From Terriglobia bacterium (GTDB taxonomy: Bacteria > Acidobacteriota > Terriglobia > Terriglobales > Acidobacteriaceae), in NCBI GenBank assembly GCA_020073105.1, contig JAIQFW010000002.1, positions 6,353 to 70,352 on the forward strand: a stretch of DNA of 64,000 bases, read 5' to 3'. Under the pieces are notes generated by a model. The model was not told where the DNA came from and ran no database searches. It saw only the letters and a program-made list of their open reading frames with translations. This document shows positions 56,383-64,000 of the stretch, piece after piece. The position numbers were made by a program, and so were the translations under genes. Position 1 is the stretch's first letter; each line of letters begins with the position of its first letter.

Positions 56383-56814
56383 TCAAGTTACCTTGATCTC
56401 CTCCTCTACCAGCTTCTTATCGTTCTCCTCACTCCCCACCAGCTCAAACGAATTCGTCACCGCCGCCTTGCCTTTCTCCACGCTGGTGATCACATAGGAG
56501 CAGCCGATCCAATGCGCCTCGGCGAGGTCGGTCGGGGACCAACGCGGCGGATGATCGGGATGAGAGTGATAAAAGCCGACGATGTCCTCTCCACGCTCGC
56601 GCCCTTCCCGCTGAATGCGGATCAACTCGCGGGGGTCGATGTTATAGCGGTTGTGCGGCGAATCACTTCGCGTATTTCCGCAACGCGCCACCGACGTCAC
56701 GATTCGCGCGTCCCCGTCCATCTGCCCCAGCAACACTCCGCAGCACTCATGGGGATAGGTGTCCTCGCCGTGCTGACGAAGGGCGTCGTAGTGCGATTGG
56801 CCGATTTTCAACAT
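56383..56814 (-). CDS. JAMM/MPN+ metalloprotease (Mec-like)
   Basis: HECCGVLLG and GFYHSHPDHPPRWSPTD (HxHx7Sx2D). Start moved to MLKIG because the upstream codons lie in a repeat. Confidence 0.88.
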   Translation of the reverse strand: MLKIGQSHYDALRQHGEDTYPHECCGVLLGQMDGDARIVTSVARCGNTRSDSPHNRYNIDPRELIRIQREGRERGEDIVGFYHSHPDHPPRWSPTDLAEAHWIGCSYVITSVEKGKAAVTNSFELVGSEENDKKLVEEEIKVT

Positions 56815-56823
56815 ACCCCAGAA

Positions 56824-56902
56824 CCCACCACAGAGCCACAGAGGCACAGAGAACAAGAGAATTGGAATCCTCTGTGTACTCTGTGCCCTCTGTGGTAAAG
56901 AC
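56824..56902. repeat. inverted pair of CTCTGYG-type units filling the cysteine synthase / JAMM spacer
   Basis: CCCACCACAGAGCCACAGAGGCACAGAGAAC ... ATCCTCTGTGTACTCTGTGCCCTCTGTGGTAAAGAC. Confidence 0.88.
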
Positions 56903-57874
56903 TTACCCTTCCTCCCAGAATCTCTCGCTCAGATACTTGTCCCCGGAATCCGGCAGGATGGTCACAAACACGCCAGTTTCGTTCTTCTTGAGCTGCCGCG
57001 CCAGCTGCACACACCCAGCGACGGCGGCCGCCGCGGAAACGCCCACCAGCAGTCCCTCTTCGCGCGCCAAACGCTTGGCCATCGCATAAGCGTCCTCGGT
57101 GGCAATGCCCACGTCAGCATCCGCCAGCGACGTGTCGTAGATTTTCGGCACGATCGCCGTAGCCATGTGCTTGGCGCCTTCGATGCCGTGAAACGGAGAA
57201 TCTGGCTGCAGCGAGATGCAGCGCACGCGAGGGTTCAATTCTTTCAAGCGCCGCGCCGTGCCCACGAACGTGCCGCTGGTTCCCAACATGGAAACGAAGT
57301 GGGTGATACGTCCTTCCGTCTGTTGCCAGATTTCGTTGGCTGTGCCATGGTAGTGAGCCAGCCAGTTGGCGTCGTTGGAATACTGGTCGGCGTAGAAGTA
57401 GAGTTCAGGATGCTTGGCGGCGAGTTCGCGGGCCAGGCGGATCGCGCCATCGGAGCCCTCGTCCGGATCGGTATAAAGGATATTCGCGCCGTAGGCGTGC
57501 AGAATACGTTTGCGCTCGATGGAAACATTCTCCGGCATGCACAGCGTAACCGGAAAATTCAGCGCGGCGCCGATCATGGCGTAGGCAATGCCGGTGTTTC
57601 CGCTGGTGGAGTCGAGCAGAATTTTACCGGATGTTAACTTGCCACTGGCGCGAGCTTGAGCGACGATGTTGGCCGCGGCCCGGTCCTTGACCGAGCCTCC
57701 GGGATTGAACCACTCGGCTTTGCCGAGAATCTCGGCGGCGGGCAACTCCTGGGCAATGCGCCCCAGTCGCAGCAACGGGGTGTTGCCAATCCGGTCCAGA
57801 CTCCGCTCACCTAGACTGGCTTGATGTGCTGGAGGAATAGACACTTGCACCGATTTTCGCGAGGTGCCTGACAT
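56903..57874 (-). CDS. cysteine synthase-family PLP enzyme (CysM/CysK-like)
   Basis: IGNTPLLRL, NPGGSVKDRAA (PLP lysine), and SGNTGIAYA. Confidence 0.9.
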   Translation of the reverse strand: MSGTSRKSVQVSIPPAHQASLGERSLDRIGNTPLLRLGRIAQELPAAEILGKAEWFNPGGSVKDRAAANIVAQARASGKLTSGKILLDSTSGNTGIAYAMIGAALNFPVTLCMPENVSIERKRILHAYGANILYTDPDEGSDGAIRLARELAAKHPELYFYADQYSNDANWLAHYHGTANEIWQQTEGRITHFVSMLGTSGTFVGTARRLKELNPRVRCISLQPDSPFHGIEGAKHMATAIVPKIYDTSLADADVGIATEDAYAMAKRLAREEGLLVGVSAAAAVAGCVQLARQLKKNETGVFVTILPDSGDKYLSERFWEEG

Positions 57875-58046
57875 TGGATTTGGATCGAGCGCTCGTGACC
57901 TACGTAACGTGCATGAGACGCAAGACGGGGCACGAAGATTAGTTCTTTAGATTATAAGAGAAACGGGTTGGTTCCACGGAAAGATATCGCGGAAGCATCT
58001 TTTTCGGGATTCTGCATCTAATCAGACGAGATCGGCAAAGGACGCA

Positions 58047-58529
58047 ATGGCAACGAACGTCGAACACCGCAGTTATGAAGAGGCGCTGAACTGGCTGCGC
58101 GATCATGGCTTTGACTTGATCGAGGCTCCCGGCACCCAAGGCCGCGTCTTCCTGAAGAAATACAATTGCTCGGCCGCCATCCAGAAGAACGGTGGCGACA
58201 GCGTAAAGATATTCGCCTACCCGGGCTACATGATTGGCAGCGAAATTTCCAAGCTGGTGAACAAGGGATACCAGCAGTTCTTGAAGACATCCAAGGCCGA
58301 AGTCCCGGCTACGGCTGACCACCTGAAGGCCCTGCAGCAGTTCACGGAGGAGTTGAAAGAAGGCCTTGGCCTGCCCAGCCTGTACAACGAATCGCTCGGC
58401 ACGGTCAGCGAATCCTACCACTATGACCGTATCGAGAACCGCGACCAGCCGGCCACCGACCGTCCCAAGCGTCCGTGGGACAAGGCGGGTGCTATGGCCG
58501 CAGCCGTCGCCAAGAGAAGCCCGGCTTAG
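58047..58529 (+). CDS. hypothetical protein
   Basis: 160-aa ORF with normal composition. No family recognised. Confidence 0.5.
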   Translation: MATNVEHRSYEEALNWLRDHGFDLIEAPGTQGRVFLKKYNCSAAIQKNGGDSVKIFAYPGYMIGSEISKLVNKGYQQFLKTSKAEVPATADHLKALQQFTEELKEGLGLPSLYNESLGTVSESYHYDRIENRDQPATDRPKRPWDKAGAMAAAVAKRSPA

Positions 58530-58554
58530 TCGGCGGTGAAGAGACTCTCCTTCT

Positions 58555-58623
58555 AGGTGGAGCAGGGTCTCCGGCCCTGCGATTAGGGCTCCCAAAGTGA
58601 TAGAGGGGCTTTAGCCCCTGAGG
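58555..58623 (+). repeat. two short GC hairpin elements also found at 11039-11167
   Basis: AGGTGGAGCAGGGTCTCCGGCCCTGCGA and AGAGGGGCTTTAGCCCCTGAGG. Compare GAGGGGCTTTAGCCCCCTG at 11149-11167. Confidence 0.85.
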
Positions 58624-58734
58624 TGCCGATCTCGAATTGCTCCCGCTGGTGGTCTTCTCGTTCATTGCCCTCTTACTCTCAAAATACGAAGGGACGCCCC
58701 TGCGGGCGCCCCCCTTCGGTCCTTGCTGTCCCTG

Positions 58735-59616
58735 CTACTGTTTCGTTCTTTCCGCGGCTGGTTCCAGCGGTGTTTTGGTCTTCGTGGTGTGAGCCACTGT
58801 CGGCTTTGGCTGCCAGAAGTCAGGCGCGACTGCCAGCACATCCTGTGGAGGATTGCTGAGTTCCGGCGAGAAGCGCATGAGCGTGGATTGCGTACTCTCC
58901 ACCGCCTCCGTGTTGATCTGCAGGAACTTCTTGTACCCTTCGTCCCCGAGAATGTCGTGGATCGTGGGATTGTTGTCGAAGCCCGCGAGCGAAGTGCGCA
59001 AAGTGGAAACATAAAAGATGGTCCCTGTGCCGCCTTCGATCACTTGAGAGACCAGCACCGGTTGGGTGTGGGGGTTCTGCTCTCCCGCCGTCTTTGCATC
59101 CTTCAGCAGCGCCTCGAAATCGGCCACATGTCCGGGACGGACGTGCACAGCGGTCGTACGTAAGACCCGGGATTCGCCAAGGAATTTGGCATACGACGCT
59201 GCGTCCGGGGCTTTCCGGGACAGGTCCCAGCGCCGCTTGCGCAGTTCGCTGCGCGAACTAATCAGGCAGCTTTCCCAGTCACGTAACATTTTCTCCGAAG
59301 CCTCCTTACTGTAGGCTTTGTTGAGTGCGGTCATGAAAGCAGTGCTGGCTTTTTCGACATCTGCGTAATCCTGTCGAGTGCTGATGAACGCAATGGTGTC
59401 GCCCTCGCCATACAAGGTTTCCAGCGCCATCCAGTTGTCGCCGTTGTTGCGGCGATTGGCGTCGGCCATCTTTTTCGCCAGCGCGTTGAAGTCCGTCATT
59501 TTTTCGGGTTTCACTTTGACGATGTACACGTCGAGGTAATCGCCTTGCGCCTGAACTGCCACGGGCACGATCAGACACACAATTACCGCTACGGCCCAAA
59601 AGGCCCTTCGTAACAT
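58735..59616 (-). CDS. secreted hypothetical protein
   Basis: GGAGG Shine-Dalgarno sequence before ATG 59616. Signal peptide AFWAVAVIVCLIVPVAVQA. Confidence 0.6.
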   Translation of the reverse strand: MLRRAFWAVAVIVCLIVPVAVQAQGDYLDVYIVKVKPEKMTDFNALAKKMADANRRNNGDNWMALETLYGEGDTIAFISTRQDYADVEKASTAFMTALNKAYSKEASEKMLRDWESCLISSRSELRKRRWDLSRKAPDAASYAKFLGESRVLRTTAVHVRPGHVADFEALLKDAKTAGEQNPHTQPVLVSQVIEGGTGTIFYVSTLRTSLAGFDNNPTIHDILGDEGYKKFLQINTEAVESTQSTLMRFSPELSNPPQDVLAVAPDFWQPKPTVAHTTKTKTPLEPAAERTKQ

Positions 59617-59819
59617 AAACGCCTCCTCAAGTTTGGGAATTTCTGACCTGCGGACTCTATACCCGCAGGGGTGTTGGGTCAAGGTTATCGGCCTGTGATC
59701 GGTTGGGATCCCAGGGTCAAGGCTCCGTTTTGGAACCGCTGCCCCTTCCACGATTCACCGCGAAGCCTTATTCTTGGTAAGAGGGCTGGCGCTCTCCGGC
59801 GACTTCCTTCCCGCAAGTC

Positions 59820-60209
59820 ATGAACCCATTTCGACTTTATGCTTTGATTCTGGGCGGTTCCGGCGCCATTCTGGCCGCTTACCTTCTCCTGCGGCGCAAG
59901 CCTAAAGGGCTCGAGGAGTTGGAACGGGAGCGGCGCCAGTGGCTCGACCGCGTCGGCCGCATCACCGATGGCACGGTGATTGACGTACAGGAAGTTCAGC
60001 ACGGCAAGCAGGAGTCGTCAACCCTGCTGATTTTTCAATATGATGTGGCCGGCGTGTCCTACGAGGCCTCGCAAGACGTTACCTACCTGCGGCATTTCAT
60101 CAACTTGCACTCCTGCCGACTGGGGCTTCCTACGTCGGTTCGCTACGACCCCCAAAACCCGGGAAACTCGATCGTCGTGTCGGAGAGATGGATGGGATTG
60201 AGGCAGTGA
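59820..60209 (+). CDS. DUF3592-like small membrane protein
   Basis: N-terminal TM, then GTVIDVQ...YDVAGVSYEASQ...VRYDPQNPGNSIV pattern. Confidence 0.6.
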   Translation: MNPFRLYALILGGSGAILAAYLLLRRKPKGLEELERERRQWLDRVGRITDGTVIDVQEVQHGKQESSTLLIFQYDVAGVSYEASQDVTYLRHFINLHSCRLGLPTSVRYDPQNPGNSIVVSERWMGLRQ

Positions 60210-60285
60210 CGCCGTCGTTGGTCGTAGGTCCTTGGTTGTTGGCTTAAACAAGACCGTCGTTGGTCATTCGTCCTTCGTCGTTAGC
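60210..60285. repeat. CGTCGTTGGTCG-type repeats (left half of a composite palindrome)
   Basis: GCCGTCGTTGGTCGTAGGTCCTTGGTTGTTGG...GACCGTCGTTGGTCATTCGTCCTTCGTCGTTAGC starts 1 nt after the stop of the DUF3592-like gene. Confidence 0.8.
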
Positions 60286-60294
60286 TTGAACAAA

Positions 60295-60330
60295 GCAGAT
60301 TCCTCGTCGCTGCGCTCCCCGGAATGACCA
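60295..60330 (-). repeat. same element, short reverse copy
   Basis: GCAGATTCCTCGTCGCTGCGCTCCCCGGAATGACCA. Confidence 0.75.
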
Positions 60331-60346
60331 ATTGAAATAAGAGTGG

Positions 60347-60399
60347 GCCAAGGACCAACGACGAACGGCCGACGACGAACGGCCAACGACCTACGACGG
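60347..60399. repeat. CCAACGACGAACGG-type repeats (right half, inverse orientation)
   Basis: GCCAAGGACCAACGACGAACGGCCGACGACGAACGGCCAACGACCTACGACGG ends 4 nt before the M23 peptidase stop. Confidence 0.8.
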
Positions 60400-60403
60400 T
60401 TTT

Positions 60404-61363
60404 CTAGCTTCCCGCCGCGAATCCGCCGGCGTGGGCGTAAGTCAGGCGGAGATATTTGTGGGGGTTTACAGGAGTGTCGTTAATCCGGACTTCATAGTGA
60501 AGGTGTGGCCCGGTGCTGCGGCCGCTCAATCCGACATATCCGATGGCCTCGGCGCGGTGCACGTATTGTCCGACCGCGACCGCAAAATTAGCCAGGTGTC
60601 CGTAACGCGTTGTGATGCCGTGCCCGTGGTCGAGAACCACAGCCTTCCCATACCCACCCAGGAAATCAGCGAAAACCACGACTCCGTCGGCCGGGGCGAT
60701 GATCGCCTGCCCATAGGAAGCGGAAATATCCACTCCGCTATGGAACGCCCCTTCACCGTTGAACGGGTCGGTGCGCTCGCCGAACGACCCGGTGACCGGG
60801 CCTTCGACCGGCCAGAGGCTGGGAGCTGAATTGGCGCGCAGCCAGTCGGCAGGAGTCGCGTTCCGTGTCAGGCCAAGAGAAATACCGGTCGCAGCTGCGC
60901 CACTCAATGCCGTGGTTCTCAATGTATAGAGCCGGTCCAGGGAAGAAGTTACTGCGGCGTCCTGCAAAGCGTCGCTGCTCGGTGTCAGGATCTGGTCAGT
61001 CTTCAGCCCGTACAACGAAGAAACCTCGCTGGCCAGCGAGCCCAACGAGGCCACCTGGATGTCTCGCTCCTTGGCGACCTGTTCCAGGCGCGTATAGCGG
61101 TTCTTCAGTTCTTCCTTTTGTGCCCGCAATTCGTTGAAATGGGAAACCTTTAACAGCATCCGCAGATAGGAACTGGCGATGCCCGTCAGGCTCAGGCCCC
61201 CGATCGCTGCCCCGGCCACCAGCACGTAAAGATAGTAAGCTGGGATGGGGATCTTGCGCAGCTGCCCATCTTCCCCGCGGGCAACAAAAAGTATGTAGAA
61301 GCGCTTACGCAATACGTTCCTTTCTTTCTGTGGATCAGGATCGATCTTTTGCGGTAGGTTCAC
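60404..61363 (-). CDS. M23-family metallopeptidase
   Basis: N-terminal TM and coiled coil. HSGVDISA, GHGITTRYGHL and GPHLHYEV motifs. Confidence 0.9.
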   Translation of the reverse strand: MNLPQKIDPDPQKERNVLRKRFYILFVARGEDGQLRKIPIPAYYLYVLVAGAAIGGLSLTGIASSYLRMLLKVSHFNELRAQKEELKNRYTRLEQVAKERDIQVASLGSLASEVSSLYGLKTDQILTPSSDALQDAAVTSSLDRLYTLRTTALSGAAATGISLGLTRNATPADWLRANSAPSLWPVEGPVTGSFGERTDPFNGEGAFHSGVDISASYGQAIIAPADGVVVFADFLGGYGKAVVLDHGHGITTRYGHLANFAVAVGQYVHRAEAIGYVGLSGRSTGPHLHYEVRINDTPVNPHKYLRLTYAHAGGFAAGS

Positions 61364-61717
61364 CGCGTTGAGACGCCGACTCTCCTGATCCCGCCGTGCG
61401 TTCCCCTCTGGGAATGAGGCGCGATACCTCGACTACTCCTACCGGAACCAGGTCAGTCCCGAAATCTAAAGTGCACACAATCCTAGCTGCTTGCAGCACT
61501 TAGCTCGGCCAAAGGTGTATGGAAACAGCTTCGCAACGGTACCAAAGTGGCTTTAGTCCTGTCAATGACGCAAGCCACGGTTCCCGGGTTACGGAAGGTC
61601 GGGTGGGTGCCACCGTACCTGGGGCCACGTAATCCTGCTTTGTGTTACCTGCCTGGACCTGGGCGATCTGGCGGGCCTTATCCCCCGGCTCCAGGTGTTC
61701 CTATATATTGAATTCGC

Positions 61718-62680
61718 TTGCCCCTCAGCGAAAAATCGCTTATTGCACGAATCCGCCGCCAGGCGAAGCCAGGACCCGGAATAGTGGCGGGGATCGGGGA
61801 CGACTGCGCGATCCTCCGGATTCCTGCCGGCCATGAGGCGCTGGTCACCACCGATCTCAGCCTGGAGGGCATTCATTTCCGGCGGGAGTGGCACTCGCCT
61901 GAAGTTGTGGGGCATCGCTGCCTGACCCGCGGGCTCAGCGACATCGCTGCCATGGGAGGTGAACCGATCGCGGCCTTTCTGTCCCTTGCCTTGCCGCGAA
62001 ACCTCCCCCAAGGCTGGGTGGACCAGTTCCTGAAAGGCCTGCTCAAGCTGGCGGAAACATTCCACGTGACCCTTGCCGGTGGAGACACGGCGGAATCTCG
62101 CGCCGGCATCCTGGCCGATATCGTGGTGGTCGGCTCTGTACCTAGGGGCCAAGCGATCCGCCGTTCCGGTGCACGGCCGGGAGACCGCATCTACGTGACC
62201 GGCCGATTGGGCGGTTCCGCTGCCACCCTTAAACTGCTGTTATCCGGCCGTAAGCTCCGTCCCGCTGACTTTCAGGGGCACTTTCATCCCCTGCCCCGAG
62301 TCGAAGCCGGCCGAATCCTCAGGAAGAAGAGGATCGCATCGGCAATGATCGACATCAGCGACGGTTTGTCGACCGATCTTGCCCACATCTGCGAAGAAAG
62401 CGGCGTAGGGGCGGAAGTTCTGGCTGAAGCCATACCCCTCGCCAGCATTGGCAAACCGGCCTGCGCGGTTGATCTGAACTTTGCCCTGCACGGCGGTGAG
62501 GACTACGAACTGCTGTTCACCGCGCCGCGGAGCAAGCGCGTCCCCTCCCGGATTGCCGGTGTTCCGATCACTCAGATTGGCCAAATCCGCCGAGGCAAAC
62601 ACATATCTATACTGGATCCGATGGCCGTTCGATCTGAGTTGCGTCCCCAAGGCTGGGAACATTTCAGACTCCGCCAATAG
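61718..62680 (+). CDS. thiL: thiamine-phosphate kinase
   Basis: GIGDDCAIL, VTTDLSLEGIHF, GGDT, DISDGL and GGEDYELLFT motifs. TTG start. Confidence 0.88.
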   Translation: MPLSEKSLIARIRRQAKPGPGIVAGIGDDCAILRIPAGHEALVTTDLSLEGIHFRREWHSPEVVGHRCLTRGLSDIAAMGGEPIAAFLSLALPRNLPQGWVDQFLKGLLKLAETFHVTLAGGDTAESRAGILADIVVVGSVPRGQAIRRSGARPGDRIYVTGRLGGSAATLKLLLSGRKLRPADFQGHFHPLPRVEAGRILRKKRIASAMIDISDGLSTDLAHICEESGVGAEVLAEAIPLASIGKPACAVDLNFALHGGEDYELLFTAPRSKRVPSRIAGVPITQIGQIRRGKHISILDPMAVRSELRPQGWEHFRLRQ

Positions 62681-62712
62681 ACAACGACCAAGGACGAACG
62701 ACCAACGACCGT
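62681..62712. repeat. CCAACGACGAACG-type repeat copy
   Basis: ACAACGACCAAGGACGAACGACCAACGACCGT immediately after the thiL stop. Confidence 0.8.
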
Positions 62713-62788
62713 TCTTGCTAGTGACTTTCGTGCTCCGCGAACCTTTTGTTTCTCTATCCCCCCTCCGCTGCCGGAGCTAAAGTAAGGT

Positions 62789-63361
62789 ATGTCGTTCTCC
62801 CGATTTGCTTCTCTTGTTCTCGGCAGTGCCCTAATGAGCGCTTCTTTGTGGGCACAACAAGCCAGCAGTCCCAACGTCGACAATGACTTTGTCCAGAAGC
62901 AGTTCGGCACCAACTGCAACCTGGTTGGCATGCCCTCGCTCAAGGCAGATTTGAACGGCGACGGCGTCGAAGATATGGTCATCCCCGCTCGCTGCACCAG
63001 TCCGCTGATGGACCAGGCGGAGGACAATTACGTCGTCCTCGACCCCTACAACTCTTTCTTCGGCTACGGCAATCCCAAGGTCACGACTGCCTTTGTCGCT
63101 GACGATCCGATGCGGCGCGGGTTCTCCCTGCTGGTGATTCATGGGGCCGGGCCCGAAGCCTGGCATGCCACCTCACCCAAGGCCAAGTTTATGCTGGTCA
63201 ACATCCCCTTCCGCGACGTCCGGGTACGCAAGCTACAGGTCAAGAAGAAAGTGCGGATGGCGATTTATGTGGACGAAACCGGCGGCAACGCCATGACCTC
63301 CGTCGTATTCTGGGACGGCAAGAAATATCGCTACAACCCCATGGGTTCCACCATGGAGTAG
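62789..63361 (+). CDS. secreted hypothetical protein
   Basis: Signal peptide and DLNGDGVEDMVIP (FG-GAP/Ca-binding-like) motif. Confidence 0.6.
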   Translation: MSFSRFASLVLGSALMSASLWAQQASSPNVDNDFVQKQFGTNCNLVGMPSLKADLNGDGVEDMVIPARCTSPLMDQAEDNYVVLDPYNSFFGYGNPKVTTAFVADDPMRRGFSLLVIHGAGPEAWHATSPKAKFMLVNIPFRDVRVRKLQVKKKVRMAIYVDETGGNAMTSVVFWDGKKYRYNPMGSTME

Positions 63362-63442
63362 TGGAGGACGGGTGTCCTCGCGTCCGGCTTACTTCCACTT
63401 CTCTTTTCTTCAGCAATGGAGGACGGGCGTCCCCGCCCGTCC
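63362..63442. repeat. two copies of the TGGAGGACGGGCGTCCCCGCCCGTCC hairpin element
   Basis: A degenerate copy at 63362-63385 and a clean copy at 63417-63442. The related core CGGGCGTCCCCGCCCG at 52435-52450 follows the quinone oxidoreductase stop. Confidence 0.8.
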
Positions 63443-63460
63443 CGAGTCTTCGTCCTATGG

Positions 63461-63916
63461 CTACAACTCAAGGTGGAAGATATCCACCACCAGGAAACTC
63501 CTGCGGTTCATGAGCACCACATGACCGCCGATGAGCACGTGTTCACAATCCGGCGGAGGGGGTGGCAGCATCTGCACAAACTCCGGCGGGCAGGGATGGA
63601 GCTTCTTCCGCAGGCCCGGCGGCAGTGTGCCCCGCACCATCAATTGCCTCTCCAGACCGGGTGGTAGCCGGTCACGCTTGGCCAGCCCGGGGGGCAGGCG
63701 GTCGTAGTGGCCTTCATACCACTCCCGCATGGCGTAGCGGTCGTGGCCGTGGTAAAAGTCATGTCCCCGGTCGTCATCGTCCCGGTCGTGATGCTTGGCT
63801 TTGTCGTGGCCGTGTCCGTGACCATGTTCTCCGCTGTGCCCCTGGGCCAGCGCCGACGGGCCGACGAGCGCGAATAGTACTGCTACAAACACGTAGAGCC
63901 ATGTTCTGGATCGCAT
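63461..63916 (-). CDS. His-rich periplasmic protein with LPPGL repeats (CigR/RcnB-like)
   Basis: GGAGGG Shine-Dalgarno sequence, signal peptide, GHSGEHGHGHGHDKAKHH, three LPPGL(A/E/R) repeats, C-terminal HVLIGGHVVLMN. Confidence 0.65.
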   Translation of the reverse strand: MRSRTWLYVFVAVLFALVGPSALAQGHSGEHGHGHGHDKAKHHDRDDDDRGHDFYHGHDRYAMREWYEGHYDRLPPGLAKRDRLPPGLERQLMVRGTLPPGLRKKLHPCPPEFVQMLPPPPPDCEHVLIGGHVVLMNRRSFLVVDIFHLEL

Positions 63917-64000
63917 GGGACCCTCCTGACTGAGTGTTGCCACCAGACTAGCAGGTAAGAAGAAAATCACAAGAAACGGGAGTGCCTGTCCCCCCACTTG

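Noticed and set aside
57951-57956. TATAAT -10 box (minus strand) for the cysteine synthase operon
   Set aside because: A perfect hexamer, but I found no convincing -35 at 16-18 nt spacing and the promoter preferences of this lineage are unknown. Too weak to list as a feature.
61560-61717. TPP riboswitch upstream of thiL
   Set aside because: ACCTGGGCGATCTGGCGGGCC vaguely recalls the ACCTGATCTGGATAATGCCAGC block. The invariant CTGAGA element and the pairing partners are absent, and thiL is not a usual TPP-regulated gene.

Overview
64-kb chromosomal window from a GC-rich bacterium. Gene content and the dense short intergenic repeats suggest Acidobacteriota, but that is inference only; no searches were run. 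I call about 60 protein genes, mostly housekeeping: rpoC 3' end, pyk, rpsA, folD, coaE, ggt, asnS, arginase, ddl, yceD-rpmF-plsX-fabD and thiL. I saw no rRNA, tRNA, CRISPR array, transposase or integrase. All calls rest on reading the ORF translations and the DNA by eye, and many start codons were re-chosen and remain uncertain. Main observations: (1) A SAM-I riboswitch (27122-27234) precedes a ThrC-family enzyme and a MoaD/ThiS-type sulfur carrier that has a 9-residue tail after its Gly-Gly. This is a candidate SAM-repressed, thiocarboxylate-dependent homocysteine synthase. (2) About 26 kb away lies a cysteine synthase - JAMM protease - second tailed carrier - E1/rhodanese cluster (54542-57874). 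It holds the only E1 and JAMM in the window, so it could serve both carriers. (3) A decayed third carrier gene (30752-30933) sits beside a frameshifted outer-membrane barrel gene. (4) A rhomboid gene has a roughly 40 percent GC patch where the catalytic Ser helix should be, and no GxSG motif. (5) Several families of short periodic or palindromic repeats fill nearly every intergenic spacer and sometimes supply gene ends. (6) Further oddities: a Tat-signal cytidine deaminase, a Pro/Tyr-rich repeat protein with a coupled mini-paralogue, and a toxin-first PIN/UPF0175 pair.
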